Shown piece after piece: positions 43,207 through 51,737 of a stretch of DNA of 52,991 bases. The stretch is from positions 1 to 52,991 of the IMG/VR virus record IMGVR_UViG_3300011896_000001. One strand, 5' to 3'. The notes beneath the pieces were generated by a model. The model searched no databases. It was not told where the DNA came from and saw nothing but the letters and a program-made list of their open reading frames with translations. A program made the translations under genes and the position numbers. Origin of the DNA: a virus. How positions within the stretch are numbered: position 1 is the stretch's first letter; every line of letters starts with the position of its first letter.

Positions 43207-44100
43207 CTTTACAAATTATAAAAATATTAAAGGGGATGGGAGAAATCATTCACGAAAGGGGAATTTCGCAATCATTTCAAGGTCAAGATTACTCTCAACC
43301 TTCTCAAAACAACCGATACATACAATGTGACTCAGGTTTTTAGCTCTTTGGCTATCCTGGTTATCGTGTTCGGTTGCTTGGAGAAGGAAAAGACCTTCTC
43401 ATTTATCCTCCGTGGAGTTTGCCAATACTTTGGCTGTCCCGTGACTTCAGGGTGTCACATACCACTTTCCTTATTGGTCAATACATCGGTTGTTGGGAAC
43501 CTTAGCTGACCAAATCGTTTTATACAATGTAATTATATCTAGAGGGAATATGTTTATTCCGTCCCCCTGTTTGAACCTACACAACCTGTAGCGGCACCCA
43601 CTCACTGCACTACTTGTATTGGCTCAAACAAAGAGCGGAACTCTTTGCCTAACGAAAGATGTGAGTAATTCGTTAAAATTAATTGATCATTCGTTCTAAA
43701 TTGATGAAGCAGCTCTGTATTCCTATTAATATTTAGAAACGCGTAATCATCCAATCATGGACCATCACCCCATTTCCATTTTCAAGAACAACATTAACAG
43801 AGAATAAGAGGTACTATGTTCACCATCAACCCAGAGGACATGGCGGTCTCTGAGCTGATTACTAAACACAATAGAAACAGCATGACGAATGCGAGTTATC
43901 TCACACCCGCCACACTGGAATATGTCATTGTAATTAACTCATTGGTCTTTTCGTCTTAACGCGGGTTCTTACCGCCTTGCCCGCCCTACTATGCGGTATA
44001 CGTTACCGTGACATTCTCGCATAAGAACGTTTCACTTATAGGTGTACTAATCCTCTTCGATATGCGGTTGTCAAAGGGCTTGTACATATAATTTATAATT
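43207..44100 (-). ncRNA. ORF-free, GC-enriched structured transcript of about 0.9 kb between arpU and the terminator; identity unknown.
   Basis: There is no credible ORF on either strand. Perfect stems are at 43381-43400 (7 bp), 43629-43647 (7 bp), 43545-43560 (6 bp), 43441-43458, 43832-43851 and 43994-44008. No terminator separates it from arpU. Confidence 0.5.
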
Positions 44101-44150
44101 TTTAGCATTTTATTTAGTCCCCCAAAAAGTTCGCGTTTTGTTCGCTATTT

Positions 44151-44522
44151 TTAAATGATTCCTAGTGCTGTAGCAATCAATTTAACCGCACTCTGCTTCT
44201 TCTCATAGAAATATGTCTTCTTAAGTAGAAGATCATGATAAACATCTGAATCTTTTACTCTCTCGTTTGTCAGGAACTTACGCTCAACGATATTACGCTC
44301 ATCCTCATCTAATAAATTGTTAAGTGCCTTCTCTACCTGCTGCACCTTCCATTTACTCGTATTCCTTGAATCACGCAACTCAGGGAATAAACTGATTCCT
44401 TCCTGCTCCACATCATTACTAAATCTCATCTTGAGTGCTCTGTACTCCTTTAATACGCTTACTACTTCCTTTTGTACTTTTTTATCATCTACAGCCGGTA
44501 ATAAAGTTAATTGTCTCTCCAT
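44151..44522 (-). CDS. arpU: ArpU-family late transcriptional regulator, 123 aa.
   Basis: LPAVDDKKVQKEVVSVLKEYRALK...NLLDEDERNIVERKFL matches the ArpU-family pattern, supported by size. Confidence 0.75.
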   Translation of the reverse strand: MERQLTLLPAVDDKKVQKEVVSVLKEYRALKMRFSNDVEQEGISLFPELRDSRNTSKWKVQQVEKALNNLLDEDERNIVERKFLTNERVKDSDVYHDLLLKKTYFYEKKQSAVKLIATALGII

Positions 44523-44560
44523 GAAGGAATCCCCCTATTTCTGAATTTGTCTTTTTAACA

Positions 44561-44577
44561 TCACGTAAGGTACGTGA
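44561..44577. promoter_or_regulatory. Palindrome TCACGTA-agg-TACGTGA upstream of arpU.
   Basis: 7-bp perfect arms, about 40 nt upstream of the arpU start. Confidence 0.4.
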
Positions 44578-44663
44578 AATTTTACTATCTCATTGTTGAA
44601 TAAGGGAACGATGCTTAGTAAAGTAGCCCCCACCAATCTACTCTGCATGGTTCCGCTATCCAT

Positions 44664-44810
44664 TTACTTCTTTAATGAATCTAGTACTTGTTTCAATTCG
44701 CAATCATCACTATGATAATCACTGTATGAGCAATACGGACAATCATTACCAAAGAAACCTTGTGAAAACTCAAGTTCTTCTAGCAACTTAATTACTCGTT
44801 CTTTATCCAT
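44664..44810 (-). CDS. Small Cys-containing protein, 48 aa (MDKERVIKLLEELEFSQGFFGNDCPYCSYSDYHSDDCELKQVLDSLKK).
   Basis: My own translation. A GGAGG RBS lies 5 nt upstream. Confidence 0.45.
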   Translation of the reverse strand: MDKERVIKLLEELEFSQGFFGNDCPYCSYSDYHSDDCELKQVLDSLKK

Positions 44811-44821
44811 TTCTACCTCCA

Positions 44822-45028
44822 TTAAGCTGTTTTCTTATTAATAGTACATCCTCTACTGAACTGCCATCCATCATTTAAATGGTCCATCAACTCCTGATAC
44901 GTAAATACATCGAATATCGTAACGCACTGACTATCTCCAAATCCTGGTTCTTTTCGGAACAACATATATTCTTGCGTACCTTCGTATCTCTTTATGATGC
45001 TCACTCCTTTATGATCTCGTCCATTCAC
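44822..45028 (-). CDS. Hypothetical protein, 68 aa.
   Basis: Track ORF. Confidence 0.55.
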   Translation of the reverse strand: MNGRDHKGVSIIKRYEGTQEYMLFRKEPGFGDSQCVTIFDVFTYQELMDHLNDGWQFSRGCTINKKTA

Positions 45029-45431
45029 CTAACTTCTTGTCCCATATCACAACGATTAGCTCTTGTTTGTTTAAGTACTCCCATAGCTTCTTACGTATCG
45101 GGAATCCTTCATTAATTGCCTTCTTGCTTCCTTTCACATCCACAATCTCTACACGCCCGTCTGAGTACGTTACTTTAAAATCTGGTGTAAACTTCATAGC
45201 TGACTTTTTCGACTTACCTGACTTCGTTATGCTGCTCTTAATTTCAAAAGTTGGTACTAAGGTGTAGGATGGATGGCACTCGATATGAGCAACATCCTCC
45301 CGTCCCTTTAAGTACTTGTAATAATTCATCTCTGATTGTGAATCAAAATCTATTCCGTCATAAGTTACTTTCTTCTGTTTGATCCGTGGCGCATTCTTTT
45401 TCTTAGTTGTTACCTTTCTCTTTCTAATCAA
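45009..45431 (-). CDS. DUF1064-like protein (predicted PD-(D/E)XK-fold nuclease), 140 aa.
   Basis: YDGIDFDSQSEMNYYKYL...FTPDFKVTYSDGRVEIVDVKG matches the DUF1064 pattern. TTG start with a GAGGT RBS. Confidence 0.65.
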   Translation of the reverse strand: MIRKRKVTTKKKNAPRIKQKKVTYDGIDFDSQSEMNYYKYLKGREDVAHIECHPSYTLVPTFEIKSSITKSGKSKKSAMKFTPDFKVTYSDGRVEIVDVKGSKKAINEGFPIRKKLWEYLNKQELIVVIWDKKLGEWTRS

Positions 45432-45459
45432 CTAGTAACCTCACTTTCTATTAAAAGGA

Positions 45460-45696
45460 TTATTTTGTTAAAAACTTTAAATACTCTACTTCTGTTACGC
45501 ATTCGAAATCATAAAATCTCTGGTTATTATCAGTAATCACATAATGAGTTTCTTCCAATGGATCGTCATCAAATAAATAAAGATATATACCACCATGTGT
45601 TAAATCATACGGTTCTTTATCTATAACTCTTATATGTGTAGCTTCTATTTGATTGCATGGAACTAATCTAACGTTGAGTATCTCCATCTTTATCAA
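45460..45696 (-). CDS. Hypothetical protein, 78 aa.
   Basis: Track ORF. Confidence 0.6.
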   Translation of the reverse strand: MIKMEILNVRLVPCNQIEATHIRVIDKEPYDLTHGGIYLYLFDDDPLEETHYVITDNNQRFYDFECVTEVEYLKFLTK

Positions 45697-45883
45697 AATG
45701 CTCCTTCTTTTGTTTAGTTTCTTGACGATTAATGAATTCTTTCAAAATTAAAATCGTGGCTTCTTTTGTTGTATATCCAAACCGCTTTGCAAATTCTTCT
45801 GCATGAGCATGAATATACCCACGAAAAAAATATAATTTTTCTCCTTCTGTCATTTGATTGGTTATTTTTATTTCATTATTCAT
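45668..45883 (-). CDS. Hypothetical protein, 71 aa.
   Basis: Track ORF. Confidence 0.55.
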   Translation of the reverse strand: MNNEIKITNQMTEGEKLYFFRGYIHAHAEEFAKRFGYTTKEATILILKEFINRQETKQKKEHFDKDGDTQR

Positions 45884-46049
45884 TTTCTACTTCAGCACAT
45901 TCATCGCATTCAAATTCCCAATGGCCTTTTTTATCGGGGAAATAATGACTTGCAGGTTCTCCGCAAGCACACCAGAATCGAGTCATGTCATCCCTATACT
46001 GCACACCTCCGTCTTCTCTTTGTATCAATGTCAATTCGCCTTTAATCAT
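45876..46049 (-). CDS. Zn-ribbon-like small protein, 57 aa from MIKGELT.
   Basis: Cysteine pattern CAC...CDEC. A GGGGAGGAAGAGGG RBS lies before the ATG at 46049. Confidence 0.55.
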   Translation of the reverse strand: MIKGELTLIQREDGGVQYRDDMTRFWCACGEPASHYFPDKKGHWEFECDECAEVENE

Positions 46050-46144
46050 TTCCCTCTTCCTCCCCTGAATAAAACTCAATATTCCGTCAATACTGTAGAT
46101 ACCATGATAATCCTTTCTCCTTGTTCCCCCTTGGAGATGAGCAG

Positions 46145-46378
46145 TTAGCTTTTGCTAGCTGCTCTTTTTAATTTGCGCCTTTCCTTTCTTTTGTCAGCTC
46201 TTTCAGCGAACCACTTTGGACACATCCAACCTATCCATACTGTTGAACTCTCTTGACATTCTATAGTGAAATTACGATGCAATTTACGTTTTCGGTTACG
46301 CTCCTTAATTTTTTTAAGGCGTTCATGCTCTCCACCAGCAGTTAATGTAGCTCTCCATCTATACATCCTCATATCCAT
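46145..46378 (-). CDS. Highly basic hypothetical protein, 77 aa.
   Basis: Track ORF, rich in K and R. Confidence 0.55.
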   Translation of the reverse strand: MDMRMYRWRATLTAGGEHERLKKIKERNRKRKLHRNFTIECQESSTVWIGWMCPKWFAERADKRKERRKLKRAASKS

Positions 46379-46407
46379 TCCCCTTTTCTACAAAATGAAA
46401 TTTTTGT

Positions 46408-46572
46408 TTAATTTTTCTTAATTGTTATTTCATTGCCGCATTGACACTCTATAAATACATCCGGCTGATAAATGCATTCAATTTCGCCATCTAACTGTAT
46501 TTCTCTTTCATCATTCAAACCATCTTTAAAAGCGACTACATTACCGCAGGTGCAGCATTTTATTTCGAACAT
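46408..46572 (-). CDS. Zn-ribbon small protein, 54 aa (MFEIKCCTCGNVV...IECQCGNEITIKKN).
   Basis: My own translation. A GAAAGGAG RBS is present. Cysteine pattern is CxxC...CxC. Confidence 0.5.
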   Translation of the reverse strand: MFEIKCCTCGNVVAFKDGLNDEREIQLDGEIECIYQPDVFIECQCGNEITIKKN

Positions 46573-46604
46573 ATCCTTATCTCCTTTCTACTAAAATGAA
46601 GTTT

Positions 46605-46874
46605 TTATTTAGCTACTTGATAAGCTTTACAAACCCATGATTCATCTTCGTCTGCATCATCCGCAAAGAATATTTCTATCTTCAATTTCAAACCATTCTC
46701 CATTACGGCCGTCGCCTCAAATACTCCGCTTATATGATCGAATTTCTTGATATCCTCGTCCTCTAACATTCCGAATTCTTCTGGGAGACTATCGTAGAAT
46801 TTTTCTACTGCATTTTCTAAATCATACTGACTTTTATATGTTTGTTCGTGAACTAACTGGACCACCATTTTCAT
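46605..46874 (-). CDS. Hypothetical acidic protein, 89 aa.
   Basis: Track ORF. Confidence 0.6.
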   Translation of the reverse strand: MKMVVQLVHEQTYKSQYDLENAVEKFYDSLPEEFGMLEDEDIKKFDHISGVFEATAVMENGLKLKIEIFFADDADEDESWVCKAYQVAK

Positions 46875-46905
46875 TCTCCTTTTCTAATAAAATAGCGTTT
46901 TTGTA

Positions 46906-47118
46906 TTAATCTTCTCCTCTGAAAACAACAGCTATATGATCTGTATTTAGTGCACATGGTAAGTACAATCCGTTTCTTAAATCAAAAAGCATTATAAATT
47001 TTTCTTCATTCAACATATCCATAATGTCGCTAAAACTTTCTTTGCTAAATAGCGTTATCAGTTCATCCTCATTTTTTAGTGATACATATAATTTCCGATA
47101 CTTGTCCAACAATTCCAC
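46906..47118 (-). CDS. Hypothetical protein, about 68-70 aa.
   Basis: Track ORF. Confidence 0.55.
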   Translation of the reverse strand: MELLDKYRKLYVSLKNEDELITLFSKESFSDIMDMLNEEKFIMLFDLRNGLYLPCALNTDHIAVVFRGED

Positions 47119-47145
47119 CTCTTATTCTCAAATAAAGATTTTGTT

Positions 47146-47298
47146 CTATTTCACGCCTTTTCCGAAACACTTACTACATTGTGCTTTTTCACCAGTATCC
47201 CGAATCGAATAATTATAAATAGATTTAAACTTAATATCAGGTACCGTTATAAAAACAAATCCTTTACCACCGCACGCCTTACACTTTCTTGCTGCCAT
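47146..47298 (-). CDS. DnaJ-type zinc-finger mini-protein, 50 aa (MAARKCKACGGKGFVF...CSKCFGKGVK).
   Basis: My own translation. Two CxxCxGxG motifs and a GAGGTG RBS. Confidence 0.5.
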   Translation of the reverse strand: MAARKCKACGGKGFVFITVPDIKFKSIYNYSIRDTGEKAQCSKCFGKGVK

Positions 47299-47337
47299 CC
47301 GCCATCACCTCACTCTCTATTAAAATAAGAATTTTGT

Positions 47338-47709
47338 TTAAATTTCATCCTCATTTTCTAGCTGCACAAAATCAACCGATTCAGAATAATATCCGTTTGA
47401 TTCACCTAACCAACGTAATGTTACATATCCCTTGATTGTTGCTAATTTATAAAACGTCCATGTGCTACTTCCCCAATCGTTATCTGGTCCATCTTGACTA
47501 ACTTCTTCTGCCATAGTTATAGGTGAACCAATAAGATCATCTAAATCTCCAATAATTTCTTCAATCCCAACCCCCTCACAGCACTCTTGCTCATGATACA
47601 TTTTGTAAACTTCACCATCAGAGGTATAGAATAATAGTTCGTTCGGAACATCTTGCTTAATTTTTGTTAAAACTTTCCCTTCCAAAATATCAAATGATAC
47701 ATAATCCAT
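47338..47709 (-). CDS. Hypothetical protein, 123 aa, with an EQxCCE motif; paralogue of 48500..48928.
   Basis: YHEQECCEGVGIEEIIGDLDDLIG aligns with DDEQSCCENFGYFMSEDDFNDFIG. Confidence 0.65.
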   Translation of the reverse strand: MDYVSFDILEGKVLTKIKQDVPNELLFYTSDGEVYKMYHEQECCEGVGIEEIIGDLDDLIGSPITMAEEVSQDGPDNDWGSSTWTFYKLATIKGYVTLRWLGESNGYYSESVDFVQLENEDEI

Positions 47710-47746
47710 TTCTCATCCGCCCTTTCTATTCAAATAACTATTTTGT

Positions 47747-48466
47747 TTAAATTTCATGTAGTTCGCCGATATAAGCTGTAACATATTGAATATGAGATTC
47801 TTGATTGTTATTTCCGAAACATGTCTCTATTCGGTCTATGTTTATACTTGGGAATCTTTCTTCCAATAGGCTTATCAATAACTTTTTATTAGTATCGTTA
47901 TCCGCTAATTGCAACTCGTTATCTTCTTTCATAAGGATGAATCCCCGATCACGTAATTGTTGGATTTTATCTACTTCATCTTTTTTATCCGATATTGGTT
48001 TTTTGCTAAAGATTCTACTAAGTCGAGTTAAACTAAAAGCGAACTTTACATCCAGCCCACCATACTCAGTGAAGGTCATTTCAGAAATATAATTAAATCC
48101 AATTTCTCTCCACCAGCCTTTAATTTTATTAGTTAATGCATTAAGCTGTTCACTCAAACCATCAATAGGCTTCATATCAGCCATTTTTTGTTCTAGTTCT
48201 CTAATACGTAAATTTGCATTCCTAAGATCAGCACTACGTCTTTCTCGTTCCTTAGCTAAATCAGATTCGTAATTTGTTTCTTTAGCTATAACTGAAATAT
48301 GACTTTCTGATAAAGAAATAAGTGTACCCTTCATCTCTTCTGTTAACTTATCTTTTGATAACCATTCATGCATTTGTTGTGCTGCAAAACATAAATCTTT
48401 TAATCTCTTTAAAGTGACCGACTTTTGATCTTCATTCAAAATAACTAATGGTTTTTGATTTTCCAC
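47747..48466 (-). CDS. Hypothetical coiled-coil protein, 239 aa.
   Basis: Track ORF with a GTG start. Confidence 0.65.
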   Translation of the reverse strand: MENQKPLVILNEDQKSVTLKRLKDLCFAAQQMHEWLSKDKLTEEMKGTLISLSESHISVIAKETNYESDLAKERERRSADLRNANLRIRELEQKMADMKPIDGLSEQLNALTNKIKGWWREIGFNYISEMTFTEYGGLDVKFAFSLTRLSRIFSKKPISDKKDEVDKIQQLRDRGFILMKEDNELQLADNDTNKKLLISLLEERFPSINIDRIETCFGNNNQESHIQYVTAYIGELHEI

Positions 48467-48499
48467 TTCTCATTCCCCTTTTCGATTAAAATAACGCTT

Positions 48500-48928
48500 T
48501 TATAACACTTCATCATGATTAATTTGTTTTGAAATAACTTTAGCTTCATGACCGTAATATCCGTTATGTTCGTTGTAAGCTACAAATTGGAGAGTCCCTT
48601 TAGATGTGACGATATCGACGAACATTACATCACCTTCAAAGTACTCACTTTCTATATCCAAATCATGCTTTTCAAGAAGCCCTTCTTTTAATTCCGTATC
48701 AGTTATTTTTACATCAATAAGTTGCGCACCTATAAAATCGTTAAAATCATCTTCTGACATAAAGTAACCAAAGTTTTCGCAGCAAGATTGTTCATCATCA
48801 ATCAATAGCTTGATTACCTGTTCGTTTGTCGTTATAGCGTAACCACTCATGCTTGCCCATCGCACCTTCTCTTGATGCTCTTCAATTTTTAAGATTTGTT
48901 CCATTTTTAGTTCCTCCCTTGTTTTCAT
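48500..48928 (-). CDS. Hypothetical protein, 142 aa, with an EQxCCE motif.
   Basis: Track ORF; see 47338..47709. Confidence 0.65.
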   Translation of the reverse strand: MKTREELKMEQILKIEEHQEKVRWASMSGYAITTNEQVIKLLIDDEQSCCENFGYFMSEDDFNDFIGAQLIDVKITDTELKEGLLEKHDLDIESEYFEGDVMFVDIVTSKGTLQFVAYNEHNGYYGHEAKVISKQINHDEVL

Positions 48929-48947
48929 ACAAAATTCAAATTTTGTT

Positions 48948-49394
48948 TTACATTACTCCCGTTGATCCAAACCCACCAACGCCGCGCTCGCTATCCGATA
49001 GTTCGTCCACTTCTTCAAAATGAGCTGTTACTACCGGCGCTATGACGCCTTGAGCGATGCGAGTTCCCTTTTCAATTACATGTGCTTTCATATTTAAACT
49101 TATTGATCTTTCAGTATTATCAACCAACACCCCAACTTCTCCACGGTAGCCACTATCCACTGTTCCAAGAACAACTCTCAACTTTGTATTACGCGTCATA
49201 CCGCTACGCGGGCGTACCTGTAATTCATAACCTGGTGGAATCTCGAAAGCTAATCCGGTTTGTACAACTTTTGTTTCGCCTGGCCAGATAATCGTGTCCT
49301 CCGCTGCTACAAGATCAAAACCGCTATCTCCTGGCTTCGCATATCGCGGCAACTCCACATCTCTTACTCGCTTTATCTTTGTTCTTAAGTTCAT
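48948..49394 (-). CDS. dut: dUTPase (trimeric type), 148 aa.
   Basis: AKPGDSGFDL, RPRSG, GTVDSGYRGE and GGFGSTG motifs. Confidence 0.95.
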   Translation of the reverse strand: MNLRTKIKRVRDVELPRYAKPGDSGFDLVAAEDTIIWPGETKVVQTGLAFEIPPGYELQVRPRSGMTRNTKLRVVLGTVDSGYRGEVGVLVDNTERSISLNMKAHVIEKGTRIAQGVIAPVVTAHFEEVDELSDSERGVGGFGSTGVM

Positions 49395-49407
49395 TCCATT
49401 CCGCTCC

Positions 49408-49575
49408 TTATAAGTAACTTTTCAACTCTTTCTTCCGATTTTTCAACTCATCCAAAGCTTTTCTCGTCTTCTGCCTTTCACCATCCATCATGACTAGGTG
49501 GTATTCTAGATTACTAATATCGCTTTCTACCTTTTTAAGCTCACCTTCCACCTGTATTTTGGTTTCTTTCTTCAT
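49408..49575 (-). CDS. Hypothetical coiled-coil protein, 55 aa.
   Basis: My own translation (MKKETKIQVEGELKKVESDISNLEYH...). A GGAGGG RBS is present. Confidence 0.45.
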   Translation of the reverse strand: MKKETKIQVEGELKKVESDISNLEYHLVMMDGERQKTRKALDELKNRKKELKSYL

Positions 49576-49585
49576 GCAATCCCTC

Positions 49586-49867
49586 CTACAGTCCTAATGC
49601 TTTCATGATCTTTCCGATATTTTCATCGAAGCCAATTAATGGTTTATAATCAGTCGAACCTTCCTCTGGGTCGATAAGAAATGTAGGCAGTGAATTCGAT
49701 TTTAATTGTTCTGTTAAAAATTTATAATCATGCTCATTTTCATCTACATTTCTTTCAATCAATTCAACATTTTCTTTTATTTCCGGTGGTAGGTTTTCCA
49801 AATTCGCTTTCGCTCTCATGCATTTCGAACAAGAATTTCCCGTAAACATAACGATCTTAGTTGCCAT
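49586..49867 (-). CDS. Glutaredoxin/NrdH-like thioredoxin-fold protein, 93 aa.
   Basis: VMFTGNSCSKCMRAK contains a CxxC motif, followed by LPTFLI. Confidence 0.75.
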   Translation of the reverse strand: MATKIVMFTGNSCSKCMRAKANLENLPPEIKENVELIERNVDENEHDYKFLTEQLKSNSLPTFLIDPEEGSTDYKPLIGFDENIGKIMKALGL

Positions 49868-49933
49868 TCTCCTCAGTCTCCTTCGCTTCTGCTAATAATT
49901 GAGTTACTTCAAACGTGCCATGCTCTGTATATT

Positions 49934-50128
49934 TCATTGTTCTTCCTCCTCATAATCTGCTAAGATATCTTCTAAACCAATTGCCGTTCCTTCTAATGTG
50001 TGCCACTGTCCACGGTGGAATCCCGCTAACCCCAAGTCACCTTTTTCAAATGCTTCATCCGCTTGTTTCCTGCTCTCAATTGCCGATTCGTGTAAACCTT
50101 TTATAAATTCCTCAATCGCTTCTCTCAT
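49934..50128 (-). CDS. Hypothetical protein, 64 aa.
   Basis: Track ORF. Confidence 0.55.
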   Translation of the reverse strand: MREAIEEFIKGLHESAIESRKQADEAFEKGDLGLAGFHRGQWHTLEGTAIGLEDILADYEEEEQ

Positions 50129-50217
50129 AACTCCCAGCCCCTTTTATCAATTTAAATAATTCCTGCTCACTCATTTCATAAAGCTGACGTCCAGTACTTT
50201 CTTCTTTGTAAACCCCT

Positions 50218-50904
50218 TTAAGCAGAAGTACTTCTATGTAGATTCGCTTTTTGTTCACGATTGAAATACCTCTTATTTTTCACTACTGGAATTGTCATTG
50301 CGTCTTCCTTGCTCCACCCTTTATAAACGCGTTGGTAGTATGTTTTTTCGCTTATTCCATTTTTTATCGCTATAGCCGCATTGCTGATTCTTTTAATTGG
50401 TTTTTTTGTCGCCGCTTCCATTGGGTCAAAACCTAAATCCATAACCCTTTTATAAAATGTTTGATAAGCAATTCCGTTACTTTTAGCAATTTCTAATTCT
50501 TCTTTATACTCTTTAGAAAAATTCTTATGTTTTAATGGTTGTGTCGCCGCTTCGTATGGTGTCATTCCTCTTCTGAGACGAGCATAAAACGCTTCAGTTC
50601 CAATTCCATTGTCTAGTGCCATTTGAAGCTCCACGCTGTATTTATTGCATTTAACAGCAGCTTCATGAGGATCCATTCCATCTTTTATTCTCTTTTTATA
50701 AGTGCCATAATTAATGCCGTTCAATTCAGCTAACAACATTAGAGTGCGATCTGTTTGTTTGTTTTTTGTATTATGAAGAGGTTGTGTGATAGCTTTCTCA
50801 ACCGACCAACCATATTCATTTACACGTTGATATACATTTTTCTTTGAAATACCGTTTCTATTTGCAATTAAATACTGTTCGTCTGTGATGTATATTCTTG
50901 TCAT
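50218..50904 (-). CDS. Protein built from five tandem HTH-like repeats of about 35 aa, 228 aa.
   Basis: The repeat NGIsxxT(F/Y)YxRxxxGWsxEEAxTxP occurs at about residues 9, 53, 91, 133 and 173. Confidence 0.7.
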   Translation of the reverse strand: MTRIYITDEQYLIANRNGISKKNVYQRVNEYGWSVEKAITQPLHNTKNKQTDRTLMLLAELNGINYGTYKKRIKDGMDPHEAAVKCNKYSVELQMALDNGIGTEAFYARLRRGMTPYEAATQPLKHKNFSKEYKEELEIAKSNGIAYQTFYKRVMDLGFDPMEAATKKPIKRISNAAIAIKNGISEKTYYQRVYKGWSKEDAMTIPVVKNKRYFNREQKANLHRSTSA

Positions 50905-50905
50905 T

Positions 50906-51457
50906 TTAAACTTCCTCCTTATCTTTCATTGAGCGACGTCTTCCTGGATGGATTACCGGCCTCGTTGCTGCTGTTTCTAAATCTAATTTCTGATGATAGA
51001 TACGTGTGTAAAAGGTGTTACGTTTAATGCCATTCCTCTTTGCTATCTCTAACCATTCATTCATTGTGTTCATCTTTCTTACTGGTTTTGTAGCAGCTTC
51101 TTCATATCCCCAACCTAATTGCAACCTACTATAAAAGGTTGTTTTTGAAATTCCATTCTCAAGAGCTATCTTTGTCCATTTTCCATGTTTACGTTCTTTA
51201 CATACCCCTAATGGAGCAGTAATCGCTTCTTCTATACTCATCCCCGATTCATTAATTCTTGAGTACACAGTGTAGTAAGATATTCCGTTTGACTCCGCAA
51301 TTTCTTTCTCTTCTTTCGTGATTGCTCCTTCATGAACCGGAATTGTTGTCGCTTCTTTTATCGTCCAACCGTTTTTAATTCTGCTGTACAATGTGTGGTA
51401 GTTGATTCCGTTATTTAATGCTTTTTGTAAATTTTCTTCGCTTATCCAACTCGGCAT
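50906..51457 (-). CDS. Paralogue built from four copies of the same HTH-like repeat, 183 aa.
   Basis: The repeats begin at about residues 7, 48, 93 and 132. The gene is adjacent to 50218..50904. Confidence 0.7.
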   Translation of the reverse strand: MPSWISEENLQKALNNGINYHTLYSRIKNGWTIKEATTIPVHEGAITKEEKEIAESNGISYYTVYSRINESGMSIEEAITAPLGVCKERKHGKWTKIALENGISKTTFYSRLQLGWGYEEAATKPVRKMNTMNEWLEIAKRNGIKRNTFYTRIYHQKLDLETAATRPVIHPGRRRSMKDKEEV

Positions 51458-51467
51458 TTTCTCCCTC

Positions 51468-51737
51468 CTAATCTAGTGCCAAAAATTCAGCCCTTGTACG
51501 ATTCGAATGTTTTATCTCAATCTTCTGAATACCCTTACCATGCTCTTCTATCGCTTCATTCCACGCTTCGTTTTCTGTATCAGTATCAAAGCAATCCATC
51601 TTTTGTTTTTCGTCTTGATCGAAGAAATGGACTTCGTATGACGTTATAACGCTAGGCTTTGCTAGGAATCGCTCGGCTGTGCTCTTTGCGGCATAATCGA
51701 AACTTCCCACAACATCTTCAAGTGTTAGTTGTTTCAT
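51468..51737 (-). CDS. Hypothetical protein, 89 aa.
   Basis: Track ORF. Confidence 0.6.
   Translation of the reverse strand: MKQLTLEDVVGSFDYAAKSTAERFLAKPSVITSYEVHFFDQDEKQKMDCFDTDTENEAWNEAIEEHGKGIQKIEIKHSNRTRAEFLALD

Larger units (their letters stand above)
45432..48947. repeat. Family of nine conserved intercistronic motifs of about 30 nt. Plus-strand consensus: CTTTTCTAnTAAAATAAnnnTTTTTGTTTA.
   Basis: The copies fill the gaps 45432-45459, 46379-46407, 46573-46604, 46875-46905, 47119-47145, 47299-47337, 47710-47746, 48467-48499 and 48929-48947. Confidence 0.75.
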
